From Daphnia carinata (taxonomy: Eukaryota), in the NCBI RefSeq assembly GCF_022539665.2, contig NC_081332.1, forward strand, positions 5,890,001-5,954,000: a stretch of 64,000 nucleotides of DNA, given 5' to 3'. Both the position numbers and the translations under genes were made by a program. Every line of letters starts with the position of its first letter. Position 1 is the first letter of the stretch. Below the pieces are notes generated by a model that saw nothing but the letters and a program-made list of their open reading frames with translations, had not been told where the DNA came from and did no database searches. Positions 1-14,051 of the stretch are shown here, in pieces.

Positions 1-45
1 CAGGGCTATTTAATTAAATTGTGATCGTCTTCTTCCTATAACTAG

Positions 46-895
46 ACTTATCAACTCTGAAATGCGAAGTTTCAGCTCTTGAGGAGCTTAGCCGCCAACT
101 TTTTGTAGAGGCGGTCGATCTCCACACAATGGAAGACAGGCTCGAATGGTATGTTACAAACTTAGCACTAAACACATTCTACATATTAAGTTAATGTTGT
201 TAATTTTTAGGTCAACAACGTGGCAAGGAAAGTACTTTAATTTCCTAGGATATTTTTTCTCAATCTATTGTATGTGGAAAATTTTCATTGTAAGTATTCC
301 TAGAAAAATTTGAGAACGGTTAATTATAATTCTATTTATATTGTCATCGGTGTGATAAATCAACAGAGTACTATCAACATAGTTTTTGATCGAGTTGGCC
401 GTGTAGATCCTGTCACGCGCGGGCTTGAAATTGCTATTCATTGGGTTGGATTGTCAATTGATTTCAATTTTTGGTCTCAACACGTTTCCTTCTTATTGGT
501 TGGCTGCATCGTCGTTACCTCAATTAGGGGATTACTTTTAACCCTGACAAAGTTTTTCTACGCAATCTCAAGCAGCAAATCGTCCAATGTCATAGTTTTA
601 CTTCTGGCCCAAATTATGGTAATATTTAAAACTTATAATTTTTGTTATTAAGGGATAATTTCTTAAAATGATTTTTAAGGGAATGTACTTCGTGTCCTCG
701 GTCTTACTCATGCGCATGAACATGCCTGCCGAGTATCGTACCATCATCACTCAAGTGCTTGGAGATCTGCAATTTTCATTTTATCACAGATGGTTTGACG
801 TAATCTTCCTCGTCAGTGCGTTGTCATCCATTGCTTTTCTCTATCTCGCTCACAAACAAGCGCCATCAACGGACAGTAAGCTCAATAACTATTGA
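46..895 (+). CDS. GPR89: Golgi pH regulator GPR89/GPHR, 3' exons only (gene starts upstream of the window)
   Basis: Spliced exons give LEELSRQLF...[26 protein letters not shown]...DPVTRGLEI...[23 protein letters not shown]...[20 protein letters not shown]...[14 protein letters not shown]; stop TGA 893-895. Confidence 0.95.
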
Positions 896-1059
896 TGCGA
901 AGTTTTGGATTTTGTGATTGTTCAAATAAGTGGTGCGGATTTTTTTCAAAATCGGTTCTCGTATTGCTGGATGTTTACCTTGTTTGTCATCGGTTGAGTG
1001 TGCAAGTAATATAAATATTTGTTAATATTGAATCTCCAGGTTGAATGCTGCTTTCAGTT

Positions 1060-4201
<3,142 letters not shown>

Positions 4202-4693
4202 GTTTAAAGGTTTGATCCTTGCAGTTTCCGAATCGAGATAACTACCTTTACTTGTGCATTAGAACTGGGTACTGTCACCTGGCATTCACTAGGAAAAACG
4301 GGGAAGTCCACAAATACTTTTATTTCCTTGAACTAGCAGAAACGCGTCTCTATTTGTTTACCCCCGGTAACAATTCATGGAACATTGCCAGCTCTCTTTT
4401 GTGATTACACTTCTTGAGAAATTTAAAAACTAAATTTCTCAAAGCTCCACTTTAAAGCTGCTCTAAGGAAAATAAAAACTTTTAGCTTTTCGATTTGAAA
4501 ACCCGAAATAAAAACTAGGGAATGATGTGCAATTTCGAAACCTTATTTGCAACTACCAACAGAAGCACATTGTGATACAGACAACTACAAACCACTGTGG
4601 CACAGTATATATTGTAACGTTCAGTTTACAGATTTTTTTAAATATAAACTTTTCATTTGCTAATTTCGAAAATTTATTAATTTGATCATTGTA

Positions 4694-5275
4694 ATGGACA
4701 CTGATCACATACAAGTAAACTGTTTTTGGCAGATCGTCATTAAGCATCTATATTCAATTTTTTATTCAATATGTAGCGATTAAAAGCTTCAATACACTTT
4801 ACTGTGGGTAAAATGTGTGAAGAGCAGGAAATCAAAACTCAAATTAGTTTTGACAAAAATGTGATTGCAACTATAAGTGAAATCCTTTGGCAGAAGATCA
4901 AACTAATATCACAGGATTTGGAAGCTTTTGCTAAGTATTAGTTCTGTAAATTTTGGTGTTTAAAGAGAAGTTATATAGGCATTATTATATACAATTTTTT
5001 ATTGAGGCATGGAAAGCGTACAACCATCAATCTGGATGATGTCAAGCTGCTTGTACGAAGGAATGAAGATTTAGTAAGTATTCCAGAAACAAAACATTGA
5101 AGGAAGCCAATTGAGTCCATTGCATTGATTACAGAAAGCCATACTAGCAACACTAGGATCACCAAACTTGGAAGAAAATGCAAAAACAGACAAAGGGAAA
5201 GCCTTGGTGAAAAAAAAGAAAACTGACATTCCACCAGAAGTCCATCTTGACATAGATGATGACATGTTTGTGTGA
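4694..5275 (+). CDS. CENPS: Centromere protein S / MHF1 histone-fold protein, 4 exons (absent from the ORF track)
   Basis: Manual splicing gives MDTDHIQ|RLKASIHFTVGKMCEEQ...ISQDLEAFAK|HGKRTTINLDDVKLLVRRNEDL|KAIL...DDDMFV*. The DLEAFAKHxKRTTIxxDDVKLLxRRN signature is typical of CENP-S. Confidence 0.92.
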
Positions 5276-5628
5276 GCAGAATATTATCTCAGTTGTATTT
5301 TTCTATGTCAGGGAAGACAGTCGTTTTTGTGCGTTCGTGAAGATTGCGTGGTATGCACAACATCAAAATTCATAAAATAAACGGTTCTAACTCGCTACAA
5401 ATAGAAACACTAGCACATTAAAAAGAGGCGTAAAATTTTCAACCGATTACTTTTTTATGGCAACCATTAAGGGGTCGAATGTCGTTAATTCTGTCCTGTC
5501 GCCAGGTATTTGTTTCTTTCATCATTTAATACAGAGTAACAGTGTCGGAAATCTGTTAAATGGTCTCCAACACACTCCCTTGTTAAAGCTTCTCTCACAT
5601 TTTCCTATGAGAACTTGAACAATTTTCT

Positions 5629-8600
5629 TTAAAGCTCGGTCGATGTGGTAGAAGTCAATGCGTTGACTCTTATGGCGTTGCACGATTTACAAAGGACACG
5701 TCCATCAAGCGGGTAACAACCACGTCCTTCAGCTTCAGACGACAGAACTAAATCGCAGTCCTAACGACACAGAACAGTAAGTATATTGCCATTAAAGGAA
5801 ATGTTAACTGGTTTACCTCGCATTTGTAACATTGCACGTGAAAGCTGCGATCAAGAGCAACTACACGAACAGTTTCCTCCTGGCCAGGTTCTGGCATGAT
5901 AGGATCGTGACAAACGGAGCAACGAGGGGCAAATTTCCTGAAAACAAACCAAATTCCTATTTAATTTATTTCTTCGATAAAAAAACAAATGGAATACCGA
6001 TATATTACTTGTGGAAATCATCAATGCAGTGAATACGGTTGGCGGCATCAACAGTGAACGGAATGCCATCCAGACAGAGGAGGCAAACAATGCAGGTGAA
6101 ACACTGAGGGTGATAAGGTTTTCCAGTGGCACGCAGGATGCGATCAAGAATCGGCTCGGAGCAAACGCAACATTTCTCTAGGCTATTCTATTTGCCCGTA
6201 TGCAGAAAAAAATGAAGAAATTGAGCCCATTTCTTACAGTCAAGTTTTGTTTTCTTTTTCGTGTTTACCAGGTAACATTCTTGACAATGGGGTTCGCCAT
6301 CGACCGCGTAGAACGGCTTTCCTTGCAGACGGCAGTTGCAGATACGGCAGGTGAAACATGCTATGTGGAACACACGGTCCATGGCCGTGCAACCGGAGCC
6401 TTCACCCACGACCTTCAGACCGCAATCGGCACACATTCCTGACGTCGTCGAGAGAGAGAGAGAGAAGAAAACCAGCATGAGTATGTAAACAGCAAAGGGC
6501 CGGGCCAGGCATAAAGCCGAAAGAGGAAAAAATATCAGCGTCCTTGACGTGGATATTTATGCTCCGAATAAGTTTTTCGTGCCACATGCCCAAGTCAACA
6601 ATATTGTCTATCGCAAGGGCAGTAAAAAAAATGGCCAGTTCAAAGTGGCTGGATTTTAAGAGCCACTTGTGGCTGAAAAACTGGAATTTGTCTTTCCGTA
6701 CGCACTTCACTAATCATGCGACGATGGTTGATAGAATACTGACCGAAGAATTCCGGGTCAGCAGCATTATCCATAGACTGGACGAGCAAATTGGTGAGTG
6801 CGTCGACTTCTTCTTCTTGTACGGGCGATGTGGCTCCCTTGTTGGCGTGACCGGTCTGAGGTTTCAGGGCAGCCGCAGCAGCGGATCCTCCACCGACGGA
6901 TCCGCCGTAGGAGGTACTGCTACTGCTACCGCCGTAAGGCGGATAGGGAGACGTCGTGTAGTGCGACGGACGAGTCAGGCTCGACATGCTGCCAGCGGGA
7001 CTGTGATGATGGTTTCGCGGTTGAATCGGCTCGTACAGCGACTCGTAGTTCGATGCCTGATCATCAATACCCCATCGTGAAATGGAATCAAAACAAACAA
7101 AAAAATATTAGCACCCTACAGTTTGAAATCATCCTGAGCACACAACTGATACCGAGCGTGAAAACAAGGAGGTTTAACAGCACAGGTGTTTTGATGTCGA
7201 ATAAAAAAGGAAATCCAAAAATTTAGGATATCAACCGGAAAGAATTGGGTTAGTGACTGAATGAGTCGAGGAATGGAGCCCGTTCCAGCAACAAGTAGTC
7301 CGAAATCCGCGTGCCAAACCACTGAGCCAAAAAGGTGACACGCTCACCAGAGAGGGGGCCAAACACGTAATCAAGTGCGGGAAACATTTTAGAAGCGCAC
7401 GGATCTTTGCTCGGCTACGTTTCACTCGAGTACGAGAGACCCTCTAGATGCTCCCAACTCCTCCTTCTGTTCCTCCCACCACCTCAGCGCGGCACGCGGA
7501 GCTCCAACTTTTGCTGCCATATAAGTCGCGCTGCGCGCAGTCTATCTCTTTTTCTTTCTTTAAATTCTTTTTTTAACGTGCCTGTTTGCATTCGGACTAT
7601 GGGCCCATTCCTTGATGGAAGGTGAGAGAGAAAATTCACAAAATTCAACTATTCAAGAGAGGATTTGAACCAACCATTTTCGGGACACGGTCCAAAAGCA
7701 ACATACTGAATGGCGAGTTTAGTGGACAGGCTAGGAATCCGTCGTCAAGCACATTTGATAAGAATAGCTCATCAAACAAAAAAACTGATAACAAATAAGT
7801 TGTAAAAAATTCCATTTCCTAAAACGTAACATACAGAACTGCAGTTGGTGGTTTTGCTTTTACCCAGCTGTTATGTACACTAGAAGGCGAGAGCAAAAAA
7901 AAAATGGAAGATTGCAATGCAAGTGAGTTTGCTCACCCGCTGTCCTAAAATTCTTGTAAGGGAACTCTCGTTTTTGGTCGCCTAAATTATTTATAGCTCC
8001 CGCTGCTCGTTTGCAGGGGCGAGCGATATACAAAACGTCCGCTTGTGGCTGCCTGTCAACACTTGGGGTCCCTTTTTTTTCTACAATCTTCTTTTCAAAT
8101 GTAATCGATGCCGAACGGCTGTTGATAGCAAACCTTCACATTTTGTTTGGGTTAATAAGGTCGCAAACGTAATGACGCAATCCATCCACACGAGACACCA
8201 TGAATCACCTTCGGCCAAGTGTCGTGCGAATCAAGCCAAATTCTTGGTAATCGTGCGCCAGCAAAAATGAAACGTCCCGCCTCTTAAAGAGTAAAATTTG
8301 GCATGTTTTTTAAGATTGGAACGAGCAGAAAGAAACTATGAGGGAAGATAAACAACCATCGCTCCGTATAAACCAAGGTCGAAAAGCGAAAACTCTCTAG
8401 CAACCTTGACGGCGACTCGTTATTCCGATCGGATAGGTGAGTCTGCCCACCACTATTTAAGGCAAACGCGTGAGGCCAAGGCAAATAAGTTAGAAATATT
8501 TCACCAGCTAATGTGTTATAAGTGTGGAAAGAATGAAAGAGAATTATCAAGATGGCGTGACTTTGAAAAGATACAAGACCTGCGATAACGGGGCATAGTT

Positions 8601-9206
8601 GCTAGTCGATCCTGTTGTCGATCCGCAACCAGCTCTCCGCAACTCGGAATAGCTCGAGCTAACTGGAGAAGGGGGTGACGTCACTTCCTCGGCGGAGGGC
8701 GGCGTGGGGAACAGATGCAGATGGTCGCCGCCGACGCCGGAGTAGTAGCCCGACAGATCCGAGGGTAGCGGCGGCGGAGGTAGAGGCAAATCGACGTCGT
8801 TGTCACATGGCGATGCGAAGGCTGGAGGAGGGGGCGGAGGAGGCAAATAAGTTAGTATGGATGATCCTAACTGATGAATGTTGCCATAAATTGGCTCTTC
8901 ACCCTGATGGTAGGTTTCCACATTTTCGTAGTTGCTTGACGAACTGAAACTTGTTATCAGACTGCCATCAGCATTGTGAGTTTTAAGCAGAGTACTAAAT
9001 GATGGTTCAAGACAACTGGAAACACTAGAACTTTTGGGGACAATAGGCACTTGGGGTTGTGCTTTATATTGGGGTTTAGGAGCTACAGAAGGACCAAACT
9101 TTCTTAAACTGTCGGGTGACATTTCATAACTTGTTTGACTGGGAATGTTAACATCACTTGAAACACCTAGTCGGGAAAATTGCTTTTCAATTGGAATGCT
9201 AGCCAT
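5629..9206 (-). CDS. LPP: Zyxin/LPP/TRIP6-family LIM adaptor (LPP-like)
   Basis: Pro-rich N-terminus ([15 protein letters not shown]), NES-like [15 protein letters not shown], three C-terminal LIM domains (CADCG...[33 protein letters not shown]...[15 protein letters not shown]) and a PDZ-ligand-like end STEL*. Confidence 0.9.
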
Positions 9207-9829
9207 TACGATATTAAAATATTGCAACGGATCCCAGAGTATAGAATAAAAAATGACGAGTGAGACTACAAGGAAAAGCGACCACTCTGCTGACAGAGAT
9301 TTTTGGGTGTTTCCAGGTAATGGAATGATTCAGTATGAAAATACAAAGTAATCGGGTTAAGCAAACGCCCAGAAAAATCTATTCTTGAAAGAAAAAAAAA
9401 TTAACAATAACACTGATCGTCCATCACCATACATAGATTATAAAAACGTCTTAAGAAACTGCCTGTCAAAATCGAACTGTTCTACACCGCGTAGCGGTCG
9501 AAGTTAAAACCTATCTCTGGACCACACAAAATTTGTGTGCCAATCTGGCTCAACTTAAAATCACACTATTTTGTTTATATAATTTAATAATATTGGTGTA
9601 CTAAAAACAATAAAAATACACTAGTTTGACAGCAAATTGTTAAATTTGTAAATTTCATCAAAGTTAGCCATATGGTGTGTTGATCAAGCCCTTATCAGCT
9701 CAAAATCTATTTGGAATGATAATAGGCTACCTGTTAACGGGATTTGTATCAGTGAACCGTCTTACCTCGCCGTCGTTTACTTGAAGTTTCCGTATTTTGC
9801 CTCGACAACTTAATTACAAGTTGTTGGAA

Positions 9830-10659
9830 ATGTCATCGCCCGAAAAGAAGTTTGATCTTGACTATTTGCATGTTAAATTATCTGCAGTTTATGAAAAGTC
9901 CCCTAGACTTGATATGGATTCTTACATCAATGCTTATACAGAATTTAACAAGTATTACTTTATAGTAATTAAGAACTGGCCTTCAGTAAATAAAATAATT
10001 ATGTCATATGATTATGTACCAGGTTTTTTGGTTTAATGGGCACAGTTTTTGGTTTTGTGTCCTCCGATGTGACAAGCAAGCTTGAAATATTACAGGCTTT
10101 CAGGCAAGGCCCCAATGGTCAACATTTTGAAACCATTGAGGACATGATCATATATGAGGAGAACGATAACAAATTTAGTGATTCAAAGTATATATCTGGA
10201 AGTCGTACTTTGTTGCGCCTACATAGAGCTTTATGTAATAACTGTATTACCGAACAATTTTTCTAAATCATCATTTATTAACTTTGCTGCTTCTCTAGTG
10301 TTTATTGCCTTATTTCTGGAAGAGCTATTCAAGCTGAAGTCAGATGATAAGCTTTCAGGAGCTTGTCAGAAAACATACAGTGCCACATTAGGCCAGTATC
10401 ATCCCTGGATTATTCAAAAAGCTGCACTTATGGCAATGTATGCTCTACCTACCAAATTGGGTCTTTTGCAACGGGTAAATATTAAAGTTGTGCATAATGA
10501 AAGCATAAAATACTTATTCAATCTCATCAGATTAAGGGGCCCAATGAAACTGAAGAACACTATGCTGAACTACTTCCTAAAGCTGTAGATGCTATGAAAA
10601 AAGTTTACGATAAAACCCAAAAATTATACCAGGACCACAACATACTTGAGCTGCCTTAA
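9830..10659 (+). CDS. CPTP: Ceramide-1-phosphate transfer protein / glycolipid transfer protein domain (GLTPD1)
   Basis: MGTVFGFVSSDVTSKLEIL, SGSRTLLRLHRAL and YSATLGQYHPWIIQKAA motifs; C-terminus LYQDHNILELP*. Confidence 0.9.
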
Positions 10660-10962
10660 AGTTTTCAGGTGTTTCCATACCATAAGCAAGTAATACCCAG
10701 CAATTGTGTACGTTGACTTTTTCGATTGTTTTTTTGTTGACTTGTTAAAAATGCTTTGACTAGACCAAAGAAAAAATAACAATTCTGTCAACAACAAAGT
10801 ATGGGGGGGGGTGTTGGCTTGTGTTAAGTTAAGATAAAATGCAGTTAACCATTTTAGGTCTAAATTGTATTTTTTTAGACCAATTCTTTTAATATTTACA
10901 GACCTTCAAGGACTATTGGCTGTCTACTGCTTTCCTTCTATTTTAGGTGGAAAATCATGACC

Positions 10963-11800
10963 TTAGTTTGATCCTGACATTTCTAGATCAGTCTGAGCAT
11001 TGTCGCGAATAGACCTTTCATGGCGTGAGCTAACAGGTTGATAGTAATACGCCTGGGTATCTTGTTTTTCTTCCATTTTCTGCTTAATTCGCTTTTCAGC
11101 TTGCCTAATAATTTCAAAATCAACAATAATAGAATTTATCTAGGCCGTATAACATCCTTAATTTACTTACCTCAGCTTCTGCTCATACTCAACTTCATAA
11201 ATGTGATGACACATAATTTCATATTCCTGTTGGTAACTTTTGTGAACATGCTTGGCCAGCCAGCGGGTGATTGGATGCTTCAAAGAAAACACAATTCAAG
11301 CTATTTATGTAGAAAATGATACAAAATCATTTAAATACCCACCGGAAAGTATTCGTGAGCTTCAGGGACATACCCTTCGGGTATTTCAGCTAATCTGGCA
11401 GGGCCAATAAAAACATTGACATAGGTGATTACAAAGGCTGCAGGGATGGCTCCTAACATAATATAGAAATGCATGAAATCCTTGAATCGATTCCATGACC
11501 ACCTTGACGGTTTGATGTGCATGGTACGATGTTCGCTCATCTGCCTTACGACTTCTATTAGAAATAGAAAACATGTTATTAATTAACCAAAATACTAAAG
11601 AATATGACCAATTGGTTATTGCTTATATGCACGGTTTTGCTACCTAAATTTAAGTTGTATATTAATTAATAACAAAACACAAGTTACTTACGAAGGGCGT
11701 TATTGGGGTTTGAGCGTAACACCAAAATTCCCTGATTAATTGCATTTTTCGGCAAATTAACCTTACTCGCAAAAGCTCTCAACAAGCTGAAGGCAGCCAT
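10963..11800 (-). CDS. NDUFB5: NADH:ubiquinone oxidoreductase subunit B5 (SGDH), mitochondrial precursor
   Basis: Presequence MAAFSLLRAF..., then IKPSRW...FYIMLGAIP...NVFIGPARLAEIPEGYVPEAHEYF|HPITRWLAK; 4 exons. Confidence 0.93.
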
Positions 11801-12012
11801 TTCAACTCAGTCGTCTCAACGAGGTTGCTGCACTACAACACGAAATTGCAGCGCCACTTTAAAAAGGTGAGGCAAATGTGTAATACTCTCTCGCCAAAAA
11901 ATATTTGTTTTAGAATGGAGTAAAAGTTAATAGCTTGTATTTACGAACATAACAATTGTAAAAATACCATTCTGATATTTTTTTTTTTTCTTGACATCTA
12001 TTTAGCGTTGAA

Positions 12013-13569
12013 CTACCTCTTGCTGAGGCAGCCGCCTACGATGGAACCAACTACGATGATTACGATCCCAGCAATGATGGAAATAATTATTATACGTTTC
12101 TGTAAAATAAAAATCATTTTATCTTGACTTAGCAACAAAGATATTTACAGTCTAACCCATCGTAGACGCTTTATATATATATTTGCTTTTTTCGTATGTT
12201 GGGCAGCTTTCCCAACAAATTCAACAGCATTTTCCACGTTGTAGGCAATACGATCGATCAAATCTCCCTTTAATTAATTTAAATTTTTTAAGCTCTCAAA
12301 TTTTTATGAAGAACTGAATGATGCGTATACCTGGTTGTTAACCAACACCGCCATATCATTGAACAAGGAGTTCAGTTCAAGTATTGACAGTTCTAACTTC
12401 AACAAATCTTTATGGCGAGCCTCAATATCGCCCAAAATTTGCCGTGCTTGCGCGGTTTCAGATAAAATCTGGAAACACAAAGCTAATCAACTGAAATTTT
12501 GATGATCACGTTATCATACTTCTTGGGTAAAAATGGATGGATTGCTTTCTTCTAGCATTTTTTCCAACTTCTCGTCGCTTGTTGCATGCCCAGCTAGATA
12601 AAAGCATTAGTTTGAATTTTTAATTCACAAAATATTATTAATAACAAGTCCTGCAAGATATCAATAGAATAATAACAGTTCTCTAATTACCGATTTCTAA
12701 TTGCCGTTGGAATCGCTCTTTACATCTTTGGCGATGCTCGTCCTGTATAACATTACATTCGACCATGACTTCAACAAAATTTCTGGTTAAAGTTTCATAT
12801 TGCATTTCGCGTATCCGAGGCTCTGCAGATGTTGGATTATCTTTCCGTGCACGCTCTATTTCTATTTTGAAATCTTGAATTTCACCATAATGACCGTTAA
12901 AACGCGTTCCACACTTAAGTCAATTCTGTACCTTTAAGTCTTTGTTGGATTCCTTTGGCCACCTTCTTTATAGAATTTATCAAGTCATCAAGTTCTTTCC
13001 TTGCTCCTAATAAAAAGACACATTGCTTGTTATTTAATGAACGATTTGGAAAATTTACGTTAATTTTATTATTCGCATACCGTCACTAATCACTGGTGCC
13101 GACAAGATTGTGCTCTGTTTCTTTTTAACTTCCTGCACCGTTGTTTTCAACCAATCGATCTGTTCCCGTACCTTGCAAGCCTTGCACCAGCAACGCCCCA
13201 TCGTTCAAAACACAACATTAGGTCAAAAAGGAAAAAGTCCTTTCAACTATTACGAAACAAAGCAATTGCAAAATTTACATCAGTCAAAAAATCGTTTAGA
13301 TACGTGCACTCCATAAGAAGTCTGTAACCGAAATCCAGGGCACTGTCGTCAGGAAATCCATCGTTTTCGACCGTACTCCCTCGCCGCTTACAAACCTACA
13401 AGCTAATTTCATTAGAACAAAAAAGAAATTTTCTGGGCACATAGAAACAAAAAATTAAGATGTCTGTTTTCAAGAATATTTGCTTCAACTTTTTAGAATA
13501 GGAAAAATGAGATACATAACAGCGATGAAAACATACCGCTTGCAGATCAGCCAAGCGGTCCTTGGTCAT
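12013..13569 (-). CDS. Syntaxin-1-like Qa-SNARE (divergent paralogue), multi-exon
   Basis: N-peptide [11 protein letters not shown], Habc segments ([13 protein letters not shown]), SNARE motif [47 protein letters not shown], and C-terminal [23 protein letters not shown]. Confidence 0.88.
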
Positions 13570-14051
13570 TTTTCTAAGGGTAAGACACTGAAACAAATGC
13601 GTTAATGCTACAGGGAAAACAGGAGACGGATATGTTGATTTAGCGGTTATCATTATAGCTAAACCGCCATCTGTCGGAGTGAAGAAATGACGCAGCTGCC
13701 GTACCCGCATTTCCGTATACTATCGCTGCCATAAAGCAACGTATCCTACCATATTGGCGAAGTGCATTTTTATTACACAATGGCAACTCAAAAATTAGGA
13801 AAAAAGAGAGGAAAAAACGGTGCTGAAAAGTAGAAATGTCCGATAGACGATGGCATTCACACATGATCAAATAAAGGGAAATAACAAACATATAGAAGAC
13901 GAAAAAAGTCGAAAAATGCACACATTCAGATAAAAGGGACGAAAAACTTTAAAAGCGCACGAGAAACAAAAAATATTAAATTCTGAGGATTTTTGAATTT
14001 TTTAAACCAATGACTTAACACAACACTACCGCTGTTGCGAAATGGTTCATG

